From the NCBI GenBank assembly GCA_035253825.1, contig DATFBM010000012.1:22054-86053 (forward strand): a stretch of DNA of 64,000 nt, read 5' to 3'. This DNA is from Acidimicrobiia bacterium. Lineage in GTDB: Bacteria > Actinomycetota > Acidimicrobiia > Spongiisociales > ZC4RG35. Positions 18,088 through 30,036 of this stretch are shown here, in pieces (position 1 is the stretch's first letter; each line of letters begins with the position of its first letter). The notes below the pieces were generated by a model that saw only the letters and a program-made list of their open reading frames with translations, had not been told where the DNA came from and searched no databases. The position numbers were made by a program, and so were the translations under genes.

Positions 18088-19509
18088 ATGCGGCCATTTC
18101 TACGCGAAAATGAAGCGGTGACGGCCCAACCGGCTCGTTGGCGGGTACTCCCCGATCGACCCGTCGAATCGATCGCTGACTACGCCGGCTTCGGAGGCGG
18201 ACGAGCCCTCGCCCGTTCCCGCGACCTCCAAAGCGAGGAAGTCATTGCCGAGCTGACCCGGGCGGGCCTGCGGGGCCGGGGTGGCGCTGGGTTTCCCACC
18301 GGCGCCAAATGGCGATCGATCCTCCGCGGCGGTGGCCAACACCACTACGCGGTGTGCAATGCCGCCGAAGGGGAGCCGGGGACGTTCAAGGATCGGGCGC
18401 TGATCCGCTCCAACCCGTATCAGGTGATCGAGGGTCTTGCCATCGCGGCCCGCACGGTCGGGGCCGAGGAGGCCTTCGTTGGCGTCAAGGAATCATTCCG
18501 AGTCGAGACGGAGCGCTTGACGGCAGCGATCTCCGAGTTCGAAGAGGCTGGTTGGCTCGAGGAACTCGGCATCACCGTCGTCGCCGGTCCGGAGGAGTAC
18601 CTCCTCGGCGAAGAGAAAGCGATGCTCGAGGTAATCGAAGGTAACGAACCCCTCCCCCGCTGGCTGCCGCCGTATCTGCATGGCCTCTTTGCCACCGCCC
18701 CCCAGCTCGGCTGGGAAGCCCATGAGGCCGAGCCCGGACATGTGGGAGCCCACACGTCCAACCCCACTCTGGTCAACAACGCCGAAACACTTGCCCACGC
18801 CGCCTGGGTTCTTTTCCACGGGGCCGACGAATTCCGAACCGCGGGCACCGAAGAATCGCCGGGGACGCTTTTGTGCACAGTGGTGGGCGATGTCGTCCAT
18901 CCGGATGTCTTCGAGTTGGAAATGGGAACCCCGCTTCGGGAGGCATTGAACCGGGCGGGCGGAGCCCGGCCGGGTCGAAGGATCAAAGCTGTGGTGCCGG
19001 GAGTGGCCAACGCGGTACTGACGAGCGAGCAGCTGGAGACCGGCCTCACATACGAGGACATGCAAGCGGTGGGTTCGGGGCTGGGTGCAGGCGGATTTAC
19101 CGTCTATGACGACACGGCCTGCATGGTCGAGGTCGCCACCACCCTCTCCAATTTCCTGTATGTCGAATCCTGCGGGCAGTGTCTGCCTTGCAAGCTCGGC
19201 ACCGGCCACATCACCCGGGCACTGGTGAGAATCCGGGACGGCTCCGGCTCCGAGACCGAGCTTGACGAGATCGAGGAACGGCTCCGCATTGTCGCCGACG
19301 CCAATCGCTGCTATCTGCCCGTCCAGGAGCAGAATCTGATTTCGGGCATCCTCCGGCTCTTCCCAGACGATGTCGCCGCCCACCTGGAGGGCGGCTGTCC
19401 GGCGGGCAACCGAGCAATTCCGATCCCCAAGATTGTCGACCTGGTTGACGGTGTCGTCACCTACGACCAGCGCCAGGAGCGGAAGCGACCCGATTGGACC
19501 TACGACTGA
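18088..19509 (+). CDS. NuoF-like flavoprotein (NADH dehydrogenase subunit F family, FMN/NADH and 4Fe-4S binding)
   Basis: GLRGRGGAGFPTGAKW and ESCGQCLPCKLG motifs. No other nuo genes are nearby. Confidence 0.8.
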   Translation: MRPFLRENEAVTAQPARWRVLPDRPVESIADYAGFGGGRALARSRDLQSEEVIAELTRAGLRGRGGAGFPTGAKWRSILRGGGQHHYAVCNAAEGEPGTFKDRALIRSNPYQVIEGLAIAARTVGAEEAFVGVKESFRVETERLTAAISEFEEAGWLEELGITVVAGPEEYLLGEEKAMLEVIEGNEPLPRWLPPYLHGLFATAPQLGWEAHEAEPGHVGAHTSNPTLVNNAETLAHAAWVLFHGADEFRTAGTEESPGTLLCTVVGDVVHPDVFELEMGTPLREALNRAGGARPGRRIKAVVPGVANAVLTSEQLETGLTYEDMQAVGSGLGAGGFTVYDDTACMVEVATTLSNFLYVESCGQCLPCKLGTGHITRALVRIRDGSGSETELDEIEERLRIVADANRCYLPVQEQNLISGILRLFPDDVAAHLEGGCPAGNRAIPIPKIVDLVDGVVTYDQRQERKRPDWTYD

Positions 19510-21050
19510 GCCGGCTCTAGTAATTCAGCAAGACGAGCCTGGTCACCGCTTGCAAGGGCCGCTTCGGCGCGGAGGCTCTCACGATCCCGGTAGATGGACG
19601 CCACCGCCCGCACCACTCCGGCTTTGCGAAACCCGACCAACACGTCCCGTTTTCCGGGATCGCCATTGACGATTTCTTCTTCCCAGCCGGCGAGGTGGCC
19701 GGTGACGTTGATCGGAACGTCGTAGTGCTGGCTCCAAAAGAACGGCGGCTCTGTGAATGGAACGTCGTAGCCGAGCATGTTGCGAGCTGCGCTCTGACCT
19801 TGGCGTTCGGCCAACACCCAGTGCTCGACTCTGACGGCCTCCCCGTCGGGACCGGGATAGCGAGCAACATCGCCGGCTGCCCAAATGTGGGGGTCGCTCG
19901 TGCGGAGGTGGCTATCGACGGTGATTCCTCGATCAATCGCCAGTCCGGCGGCTTCTGCCAGCTCGGTTCGCGGGTTGACTCCGATGCCAACCACCACCAG
20001 GTCGGCAGGTACCTTGCTGCCGTCATCCAGCACGACTTCTTGAGGCGTGATCTCCCGGACCGACCTTTCCAGTTGGAAGCGGACTCCGTGCTCACGGTGA
20101 AGATCGGCAACGAACCGTCCCAATGCCTCGCCGACTACGTCGGCGAGCGGGGTCTTCTCGGGGGCGATCACGGTGACCTCAATGTTCCGGTGGCGGAGCG
20201 AGGCCGCCACTTCCAAACCAATGAAACCGGCCCCGACCACCGCTGCCCGAGTCGAGTCTCCCAACGCGGCGATGATGGCGCGGCTGTCCTCGAGGGTCCG
20301 GAGATAACGGACGTGGCTTGCGTCGCTTCCGGGCACGGGGAGACGGCGCGGTTCGGCACCCGGCGCCAAGAGGAGGGCCCCGTAGCGGACCTCTTCGCCG
20401 CCGTCGAGCCAAACGAGCTGGCCGGCCCGGTCGATCGCCTCCACCCGTCTTCCGCTGATGAGTTGGATGCCGGCGTCGGTGTAAAACTGCGGGGACCGCA
20501 GCGGCATCCAATCTTCCGGGGCCGTTCCGGCCAGATAGTCCTTCGAGAGGTTGGGTCGGTCGATCGGCGCCTCGTCGCCGATGAGGGAAATCGGGCCCTC
20601 ATACCCATACCGCCGCAGGGTTTCGGCCGCAGCTGCGCCGGCCGCGCCCGACCCGACAATCACCACCGAACCCGGCGTCGAGGCGGGCGTCGGCCTCTGC
20701 TCGGAGCGCGCTTTGGGTCCGGTGACGAACACGCGGCCTTCCTTTTCATCGGTCTCAAAGACGGGGACCGGATTGAGCGCTGGTGCTCCTACCGCCTCGC
20801 CGGTATCGAGGTCGAAGGCGGCGTGGTGCCAGGGGCAGCGAATCTCACTTCCCACGCATAACCCTTCTGCCAGTGGCCCCCCGTAATGACTGCACCTGCC
20901 GCTGATCGCCCGCACGCCGTTGCTCGTCGCAACCACCGCCACCGGTTGGCCTTCGAAGTGGCCCGCCAGCGGAATATCGGGCTTGAGGTCTTCCAAAGAA
21001 ACACCGTCGGCGGCGAGGTCGGGGCCGGTCAACTTGATCTCACCCGCCAT
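19500..21050 (-). CDS. Rieske domain fused to FAD/NAD(P)-dependent (ferredoxin-reductase-like) oxidoreductase
   Basis: CSHYGGPL...CPWHHAAF (Rieske), then VVIVGSGAAGAAAAE and AAVVGAGFIGLEVA Rossmann motifs. Confidence 0.85.
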   Translation of the reverse strand: MAGEIKLTGPDLAADGVSLEDLKPDIPLAGHFEGQPVAVVATSNGVRAISGRCSHYGGPLAEGLCVGSEIRCPWHHAAFDLDTGEAVGAPALNPVPVFETDEKEGRVFVTGPKARSEQRPTPASTPGSVVIVGSGAAGAAAAETLRRYGYEGPISLIGDEAPIDRPNLSKDYLAGTAPEDWMPLRSPQFYTDAGIQLISGRRVEAIDRAGQLVWLDGGEEVRYGALLLAPGAEPRRLPVPGSDASHVRYLRTLEDSRAIIAALGDSTRAAVVGAGFIGLEVAASLRHRNIEVTVIAPEKTPLADVVGEALGRFVADLHREHGVRFQLERSVREITPQEVVLDDGSKVPADLVVVGIGVNPRTELAEAAGLAIDRGITVDSHLRTSDPHIWAAGDVARYPGPDGEAVRVEHWVLAERQGQSAARNMLGYDVPFTEPPFFWSQHYDVPINVTGHLAGWEEEIVNGDPGKRDVLVGFRKAGVVRAVASIYRDRESLRAEAALASGDQARLAELLEPAQS

Positions 21051-21160
21051 CTACTGACCCTCACTTTTCTGGTCGGTTTGCAGAACCCGCGCGACCCTAA
21101 GTCTAAAATCGGTCACTGTCAACTTTAGAGCGGTGGCCAACCCTCGCGTAACCTGCCGGC

Positions 21161-22348
21161 GTGTTCGGCGAGTTTCGACGCCGCTTCTGGCTTCCGCCCC
21201 GGGCGCATGGCGAGATCATCGAGGATCGTCGGGTCAGCTGGCTCGAGTTGTTCTACGACCTCACCTATGTAGTTGTCATCGGGAGGATCGCGCATGAGCT
21301 GGCGGGCGATGTCAGCTGGCGCGGCGTGCTCCGCTTCGCTGTCGTTTTCGGACTCGTCTGGATCGCCTGGATGAACGGCACGCTCTATTACGAGCTGCAT
21401 GGCAGGGAAGACGGTCGCACCCGAGTCTTCGTCTTCGTCCAGATGCTGATCCTGGCCCTGCTAGCCGTCTACGCCGGCGACGCTTCCGGTGAAGACGGAC
21501 CCGGCTTCGCCATCGTGTACATCCTTTTCCTCGCCGTCCTTACCTGGCTTTGGTACTCGGTTCGGCGACGGGATCGCCAGGAGTACATGGTGGCCACCGC
21601 CCGCTTTCTCTGGGCAATGGTCATCACCATCCTCACCATCGCGATCTCGATCCTCGTGCCCAACGACGAGCGCGTCATCATTTGGGCGGCCTTGGTCTTG
21701 TTCTGGGTGGTGGGAGGCGTGGTCCTTGCCGGGGCGCCGGGTATGGACTCGGCTTTCCCGGTGACCGAATCGCTGGTGGAGAGGTACGGCCTGCTGGTGA
21801 TCATCGTTCTCGGGGAAGTCGTGGTCGGTGTGGTTGAGGGCCTGTCCGAAGCTGAGCGGAGTGCCGAGGTGATCGCCACCGGTCTCTTCGGCCTGGCGAT
21901 CGGGTTCGCCTATTGGTGGACTTATTTCGACTTTGTCGGTCGTCGGCGACCGCTGCCGATCCCGCGTGTCCGCCTGCGGTGGTTATTCACCCACCTGCCG
22001 TTGACCATGGCCATTGCCGCGGCTGGAGCGGCGATGATCAGCCTGATCCAGCACGGCCGCCAGGAGTCGACCCCGCCGGCTACGGCGTGGTTGCTCACCG
22101 GCTCGGTCCTCGTAGCTTTGGTGGCGTTGATCATCAACCTGCGAACACTCGAAGAGAGCGACTCTGCGCCTCAGCCGATCTCGTTGCTCGCAGCCGGCGC
22201 GGTGGCAATGTTCTTCGGTTCGCTGCGTCCGCGGCCGTGGGCCCTGGCGGCCCTGCTGGTGATGACTCTTAGCGGGCTTTGGTTCTACGCGGTGGTCCGT
22301 CGGAACCCGGCTCTGGCCAGCGTCGAAGACGACGGCACTCTCGCATAG
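21161..22348 (+). CDS. ltrA: Low-temperature-requirement A (LtrA) family membrane protein
   Basis: RVSWLELFYDLTYVVVIGRIAHEL is the typical LtrA N-terminus, followed by about 10 TM segments. Confidence 0.8.
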   Translation: MFGEFRRRFWLPPRAHGEIIEDRRVSWLELFYDLTYVVVIGRIAHELAGDVSWRGVLRFAVVFGLVWIAWMNGTLYYELHGREDGRTRVFVFVQMLILALLAVYAGDASGEDGPGFAIVYILFLAVLTWLWYSVRRRDRQEYMVATARFLWAMVITILTIAISILVPNDERVIIWAALVLFWVVGGVVLAGAPGMDSAFPVTESLVERYGLLVIIVLGEVVVGVVEGLSEAERSAEVIATGLFGLAIGFAYWWTYFDFVGRRRPLPIPRVRLRWLFTHLPLTMAIAAAGAAMISLIQHGRQESTPPATAWLLTGSVLVALVALIINLRTLEESDSAPQPISLLAAGAVAMFFGSLRPRPWALAALLVMTLSGLWFYAVVRRNPALASVEDDGTLA

Positions 22349-22383
22349 CTCCACTGGTGCCACCCATCTAGTGTCTCGAGGTC

Positions 22384-22974
22384 GTGGACTCTCCGCAGCG
22401 GACGGCGGGAATCGCAGCGCTCCTTGCTGCTCTGGGAGGAATTCTTTACGGGTATTTCTTCGTCATCGTCGGCAACGTTGCGGTGGCTTCGGCGCTCCTG
22501 ATGCTCGGTGGATTGCTGCTGACGTTCATCATCGTCGTCCTGGGGTCGTCGTTGGAGGAAGTCAACCGCCCTCTGGCTCGTTGGGCGACGGGGGTGGGCT
22601 TCCTCGGGGCGATGCTGTCGATGGTCCACGGCGGTTACGACCTCGCCAACCAGATCCATCCCCCAGGCGCCAGCTCCGGGGACTTTCCCAACCCGGTCGA
22701 TCCGCGGGGTCTCGCCACATTCGGCCTTACCGGAGTTGCGGTTCTGATCCTGGGAGGCGTCATGAGTAGGTCAGCCGAGTACCCCCTCGGGCTCGCCCGC
22801 GCAGGCCAAGCACTGGGGCTGATCATGATCGTCATCTATCTCGGACGGTTGATCATCCTCGACCCCAATAACCCGGTCGTGCGAGTGGCGCTCGCCCTCG
22901 GCGTCATTGCCAACACTGTCTTTCTGCTCTGGATCGGTCGTCATTGGCTAGTTGCGAGAAAGCCTCCGCCCTAG
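22384..22974 (+). CDS. Hypothetical polytopic membrane protein
   Basis: 196 aa with 5-6 hydrophobic helices. No motif recognised. Confidence 0.6.
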   Translation: MDSPQRTAGIAALLAALGGILYGYFFVIVGNVAVASALLMLGGLLLTFIIVVLGSSLEEVNRPLARWATGVGFLGAMLSMVHGGYDLANQIHPPGASSGDFPNPVDPRGLATFGLTGVAVLILGGVMSRSAEYPLGLARAGQALGLIMIVIYLGRLIILDPNNPVVRVALALGVIANTVFLLWIGRHWLVARKPPP

Positions 22975-23015
22975 GAGTTGTGGCCGCAGACCGGAAGCGC
23001 CAGCGATGCTGCGGC

Positions 23016-23399
23016 TCAGGTCAGGAGTCCCCAATTAATGACTATGAGCACCGTCGCCAACCCGGCGATAACCGGCGGAATCGGCAACGCAAAGCCCCAC
23101 CAAAACGCCGCCCCCAGCGGCAAGAGCGCCAACGAGAGAATGGCGCCCGAGCGGGCACCATTCCACAGGAGCCATCCGGCGACGCACTCGAGCAGGCAGA
23201 CGAGCACAAATGCGAACAGCAGGGGGACGGTGGTCTGCAGCCCGATGCGCTCGAATGGTCCCTTCCCGTACGTTGGGAATCCCAGGAAGTAAAGAAGACC
23301 CCGCCCGTCGGCGAGGCTCCGAATGCCAAATACTCCCGGGATTCCGAAACCCAAACCGAGGACCCATTGGAGGATCGACGCCGTTCGCAACCCAATCAT
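23016..23399 (-). CDS. Hypothetical 4-TM membrane protein
   Basis: 127 aa, hydrophobic. Lies 21 nt downstream of the cyclase fusion gene on the same strand. Confidence 0.55.
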   Translation of the reverse strand: MIGLRTASILQWVLGLGFGIPGVFGIRSLADGRGLLYFLGFPTYGKGPFERIGLQTTVPLLFAFVLVCLLECVAGWLLWNGARSGAILSLALLPLGAAFWWGFALPIPPVIAGLATVLIVINWGLLT

Positions 23400-23420
23400 T
23401 GGCGTCGCCGAATCTACCGA

Positions 23421-24554
23421 CTACCGAAGCGATGCCTCGAATAACTCCCAGGTTCCCGGGATCCCTTGCAACTCCACCATGCCCCGGGGCGAGAAGTTGA
23501 GGTCGGATCCGGTTGCCAGGTCGATGACTGTCCGCGTAATCACCACCTGGTTGGCGCCAGCTTCTCCCAAAACCCGCGCAGCGATGTGGACCGCGATGCC
23601 GCCGATGTCACTGTCTCGCAGTTCGATCTCACCGGTGTGTATCGCCGCTCGAATCTTGAGTCCCAATTTGGCTACCGCAGCTTGGAGATCGAAAGCGCAG
23701 CGCAGAGCGCGAGTGGGGGCATCGAATGTCGCCAAGATGCCGTCACCGGTGCTCTTGACAACCCGGCCACTCCAACGGTCAGCCAACTGACGGGCGAGTT
23801 CATCGTGACGGTCGAGGAGTCGTCGCCACTCGCGATCTCCCCGGCTCGCCGCTTCGGTCGTCGAACCGACGAGGTCGGTGAACAAGACCGTTGCCAGTAC
23901 CCGATTGGCGTTCTGGGCTGCCTGCAACAACTGGTACTGCTCCTCAGTCCAGGAATAAGTCTCCAGGTAGGGACCGGAAAGAACCGAGCTCTCGGGACGG
24001 TAAGTGAGGAGAACCACACCGGAGCTGAAGGTCCGGGAGCTGACGAGGCGCAAGTTGTGGGTATCGATCCCGTCGCGAAACAGGTGTTTGCCGCTGCCGA
24101 GGATCGTCGGATAGAGGAGCAACTGATACTCATCGATCAGGTCATGTTTGAGCAGTTCGTCGACCAAATCGGGGCTTCCGTAGACGACCAGGTCACCACC
24201 CGGCGCCTCTTTCAACCTGGCGACCTCGCCGGCAACGTCTCGGGAGATGATGGTTGAGTTGTTCCAGTCGGCTCTAGTCAGGGTCGTCGAGACCACGTAT
24301 TTGCGAATTTCGTTCATCCGCTTGACGAGCTCGTCGTCGCCCCGCGCCGAGGGCCAGAATGCCGCCCAGATCTGATAGGTCTTTCTTCCCAGTAGGAGAG
24401 CGTCAGCATTGAGAACCCTGGCCCTGTTGACCTCTTCGTCATCTTCGCCCTGCACTCGCAGGGCCCAGGCGTTCTTTCCATCCCGGTGCTCGTCAAATCC
24501 TGGGCCCTCGACCACGCCGTCGAGGGTCATGAAGGCGGTGACGATCAGCCGCAT
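23421..24554 (-). CDS. RibD_C/dihydrofolate-reductase-like domain fused to class III adenylate/guanylate cyclase
   Basis: N-terminal part: MRLIVTAFMTLDGVVEGPG...LLLGRKTYQIW...LVVYGSPDLVDELL (RibD C-terminal/DHFR-like fold). C-terminal part: VLFTDLVGST...KSTGDGILATF...GIAVHIAARV (cyclase). Confidence 0.85.
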   Translation of the reverse strand: MRLIVTAFMTLDGVVEGPGFDEHRDGKNAWALRVQGEDDEEVNRARVLNADALLLGRKTYQIWAAFWPSARGDDELVKRMNEIRKYVVSTTLTRADWNNSTIISRDVAGEVARLKEAPGGDLVVYGSPDLVDELLKHDLIDEYQLLLYPTILGSGKHLFRDGIDTHNLRLVSSRTFSSGVVLLTYRPESSVLSGPYLETYSWTEEQYQLLQAAQNANRVLATVLFTDLVGSTTEAASRGDREWRRLLDRHDELARQLADRWSGRVVKSTGDGILATFDAPTRALRCAFDLQAAVAKLGLKIRAAIHTGEIELRDSDIGGIAVHIAARVLGEAGANQVVITRTVIDLATGSDLNFSPRGMVELQGIPGTWELFEASLR

Positions 24555-24585
24555 CGGGAGCTAGCTGTCACCGTCATTTGCTGGG

Positions 24586-26910
<2,325 letters not shown>

Positions 26911-26969
26911 GCGGATGTAGTCATGGCTATCGGCGAGCGCCGAATCCGCCCCCGGTTTCCTTGCCTTAC

Positions 26970-27449
26970 TCAGCTCACGGCCTTCTTGACGAGGGCGGCG
27001 ATCGCTTTCTCTTCGGCCGCGGTCAACTTCGTAAGCGCAAAGGAAGTCGGCCACATGCCACCGTCGTCGAGGTTCGCATCGTCGTTGAAGCCAAACGTTG
27101 CGTACCTCGATTTGAACTTCGCGGCCGGAGTGAAGAAGCAGATGATCTTCCCCTCCTTGGCATATCCGGGCATCCCGTACCAGGTTTTGGGCGCCAGATC
27201 CGGCGCATTGGCTTTGACAATGGCGTGGATTCGCTTGGCCATAGCGCGGTCCGGTTCTGGCATCTCTGCGATTTTCGCCAGCACTTCTTTCTCGCCAGCC
27301 TCCCGGTCCGCACCACGTCGCGCCTCTGCCTTCTGCTCCCGTACCCGCTCTTTCATCGCCGCTCGTTCTTCGGCGCTGAAGACCTGTGCCGATTTGCCTT
27401 TGGCGGAGGCGCTCTGAGCGGTCTTCTTAGTGGTCTTTTGGGCGCTCAT
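26970..27449 (-). CDS. DUF1801 (YdhG-like) domain protein with Lys/Ala-rich N-terminal tail
   Basis: [20 protein letters not shown]...ATFGF core is typical of DUF1801. Confidence 0.75.
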   Translation of the reverse strand: MSAQKTTKKTAQSASAKGKSAQVFSAEERAAMKERVREQKAEARRGADREAGEKEVLAKIAEMPEPDRAMAKRIHAIVKANAPDLAPKTWYGMPGYAKEGKIICFFTPAAKFKSRYATFGFNDDANLDDGGMWPTSFALTKLTAAEEKAIAALVKKAVS

Positions 27450-27550
27450 CGTTCTCTCCTCTGAACGCAGCTAATTCGGTTACTGAAGAACGGTTTTTCG
27501 CAAATCTGGTTGCTGGCGAACGAGTACCGGGCGTCAGCAGCCAAATTTCG

Positions 27551-27955
27551 CTATCCCTGCTCGATCCGAAGCATGTTGCCGGCGGGGTCCCGGACTGCAG
27601 CATCGCGGACGCCCCAGAACTGGTCGGCGGGCTCGGAGAGCACCTCCACGCCGGGGGCCGCCGCGATCTTCTCGAAAGTGGCGTCGAGATTGTCGGTCCG
27701 GAAAAAAGCCGGGCCCAACTCGCCCTTGGCGAGCAGGGCGGCGATGGCGTCGCCGTCCTCCTGGGAGCGGCCGGCATGCGGCTGCGACAACACGATCTGG
27801 ACCTCGGGTTGGCTGTCGGTGGTGAGGGTGATCCAGCGGAAGCCGCCGTTCTCGACCTCGTTCTGCACCTTCAAGCCGAGGGTGTCGCGGTAGAAGGCGA
27901 GGGCGGCGTCAGGATCGTCAACGAGGATGTGCACATGGCTGAGTGAAATGGTCAT
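27551..27955 (-). CDS. VOC family protein
   Basis: LSHVHILVDDPDAALAFYRDTLGL...VRDPAGNMLRI. Confidence 0.8.
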   Translation of the reverse strand: MTISLSHVHILVDDPDAALAFYRDTLGLKVQNEVENGGFRWITLTTDSQPEVQIVLSQPHAGRSQEDGDAIAALLAKGELGPAFFRTDNLDATFEKIAAAPGVEVLSEPADQFWGVRDAAVRDPAGNMLRIEQG

Positions 27956-28003
27956 GACACGGACACTACGCGCGGGGTTGAAAAATTGCTTCTCAAAAAC
28001 TGC

Positions 28004-28423
28004 TCACTTGGGAACGCTTCCAGCACCTAGTTTCCGCGGCCGGGTCACCACCATCATCTGGCAGTGAGGCAAGGCGAGCAGCGCTTGGTGATCACGAGCC
28101 CGGTAGGCGCTCGGGGTCTCGCCGACGAGTTCGGTGAATCGGGCGGAGAAGGAGCCAAGGCTCGTGCAGCCCACCGCGAAACAAACCTCGGTCACGCTCA
28201 GGTCCCCCCGACGCAACAGTGCCTTCGCCCGCTCGATGCGCCGGGTCATCAGATAGGAGTACGGCGTCTCCGAGTACACTGCCCGGAAGCGACGGCTGAA
28301 ATGAGCGGGCGACATCAGCGCTGTCCGCGCCAGCGCCGCTACGTCGAGAGGCTGCGCGTACTCACGGTCCATTTGGTCACGCGCTCGGCGAAGCCAGCGC
28401 AATTCGTCGAGGTCGACGCTCAT
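28004..28423 (-). CDS. AraC-family HTH transcriptional regulator (short, DNA-binding domain only)
   Basis: LDVAALARTALMSPAHFSRRFRAVYSETPYSYLMTRRIERAKALL...VTEVCFAVGCTSLGSFSARF. Confidence 0.8.
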   Translation of the reverse strand: MSVDLDELRWLRRARDQMDREYAQPLDVAALARTALMSPAHFSRRFRAVYSETPYSYLMTRRIERAKALLRRGDLSVTEVCFAVGCTSLGSFSARFTELVGETPSAYRARDHQALLALPHCQMMVVTRPRKLGAGSVPK

Positions 28424-28437
28424 CCGGCCATTGTGCC

Positions 28438-29178
28438 TCAGCCGGCGGTATACCCCCCGTCGACCACGAATTCGGCCCCGGTGATGAACGATGCATCATC
28501 ACTGGCCAAGAAGGTGATCACGGCAGCGATCTCCTCCGGCTGGGCAAGGCGGCCCATGGGAGTCAGGTTGGCCAACATCACCGGGTCGGTATCCCCCAGG
28601 ATCGGTGTGTCGACGAAGCCCGGATGAACCGAGTTGACCCGCACATTCTCTTTCGCCCAGGCGAGGGCAGTGCTCTTGGTCAAGAGTCGCACCGCCCCTT
28701 TGGCAGCGTGATATGCGGGAGAGGTTCCGAAGCCCCCGACGATGCCGAACATGGAGCTCACGTTGACTACCGCTCCATTGCCCGATTTCTTCAACGCCGC
28801 GCTGGCTGCCCTGTGGCCTAGGAAGACGCTGGTCTGGGTGATGGCGATGACCCGGTCGTAGGTCTCCTTGGACGTCACCTCGATTGGATCGTTGTCTCCG
28901 ATCCCGGCGTTGTTGACCAGGATGTTGAGGCCACCGAACTCGGCTTCTGTCCTGGCAACCGCCTCCGCCCAAGCGGCTTCGTTCGCAACATCGAGGCCGA
29001 TGAAGAGGGCTCGTCCTTTGTCGTCTTCTATCTCCGCAACCACCTTGCCCGCCGACTCGTCCTGGATGTCAGCCACCACAACTGCAGCGCCCTCCCGCGC
29101 CATTCTCAGGGCCGTCTCCTTGCCGATTCCGCTGGCCGCCCCGGTGACCAAAGCCACTTTCCCATCAAAGCGGGACAT
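28438..29178 (-). CDS. SDR family oxidoreductase
   Basis: TGAASGIGKE, NNAG, and the S...YxxxK (YHAAKGAV) catalytic pattern. Confidence 0.9.
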   Translation of the reverse strand: MSRFDGKVALVTGAASGIGKETALRMAREGAAVVVADIQDESAGKVVAEIEDDKGRALFIGLDVANEAAWAEAVARTEAEFGGLNILVNNAGIGDNDPIEVTSKETYDRVIAITQTSVFLGHRAASAALKKSGNGAVVNVSSMFGIVGGFGTSPAYHAAKGAVRLLTKSTALAWAKENVRVNSVHPGFVDTPILGDTDPVMLANLTPMGRLAQPEEIAAVITFLASDDASFITGAEFVVDGGYTAG

Positions 29179-29281
29179 ATCGCTCCTCCCTCAGATCTGG
29201 TGCCCGAATTGTCAGGTTACGACCGAGCTCGTTGGTCCATCGGGGGGTTGGTCGACTATCGCCCTACGCCGATGGTCGAGG

Positions 29282-29908
29282 CTATCTCCGCGCTTGCGGC
29301 ATGTTCCAATCGAAGTAGACACCAGCGACACGGATAGCGAAACACACCCCGGCCCCGAGGATCGAAAACCACAGGCTTTGCATTCCGCTCTCGAAGGCGA
29401 TCACAACGATGGCCGCCCCCACCAGTGCCGGGATCGCATAGAGCCCAGTGCGCAACACAACCGGGATCTCCCTCACCAAAACGTCACGCAGGACCCCACC
29501 GCCAATCCCCGTGATCGCCCCCAGCACCACCGCGCCGAGTGGTCCCACACCATGAGCGAGTGCCGTGCTGGCGCCGGTGACGCAGAATAGAGCAAGGCCG
29601 GCTGCGTCGAAAACGAGGATCGGACGCTCGAGCCTCGTAAGCAGAGAGTGGCCCAGGAAAGTAACGCCGCCCGCGAATATCGCGATGGCGAGATAGCGCC
29701 AGTCTTGAAACGCCTGTGCCGGGAGCCCGATAAGGAGGTCGCGGGTGATGCCCCCGGCAAGTCCGACGACAACGGCGAACACGACCACGCCGAAGACGTC
29801 GAGCCTGGCCCCAACGCCCGCCAGACCTCCGCTGATCGCAAAAACGAAGGTGCCTGCCACATTGAGTATGAGCAAGAGGGCCGGGTCGAAGGCCTCGAGA
29901 CCTGGCAT
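29282..29908 (-). CDS. TRIC-like / UPF0126 (YadS) family cation channel
   Basis: Two UPF0126 repeats (AISGGLAGV...GGITRDLL and TGASTAL...GGGVLRDVL). Start set at the internal MPGLEAF (29908). Confidence 0.8.
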   Translation of the reverse strand: MPGLEAFDPALLLILNVAGTFVFAISGGLAGVGARLDVFGVVVFAVVVGLAGGITRDLLIGLPAQAFQDWRYLAIAIFAGGVTFLGHSLLTRLERPILVFDAAGLALFCVTGASTALAHGVGPLGAVVLGAITGIGGGVLRDVLVREIPVVLRTGLYAIPALVGAAIVVIAFESGMQSLWFSILGAGVCFAIRVAGVYFDWNMPQARR

Positions 29909-30036
29909 CCGTTGCGAGGCTATCGCACAGAAACAACTTGGGCCACGACCGAACAATCGCGGAGCGAGGCGTTTATGTTTCGTCGACATTCATCTGTCGA
30001 AACCACTCGAGCACGAAGGGGCAAGGGAGGTCCCAG

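Noticed and set aside
21125-21400. 91-aa minus-strand ORF overlapping the LtrA gene start.
   Set aside because: It is antisense to a gene with the typical LtrA N-terminal motif, and I saw no RBS or family resemblance.
29976-30002. Imperfect inverted repeat GTTTCGTC-N11-GTCGAAAC in the TRIC / cNMP-protein divergent promoter, considered as a CRP/GlxR-type site.
   Set aside because: It does not match the TGTGA-N6-TCACA core of CRP-family sites, it has one arm mismatch, and it occurs only once.
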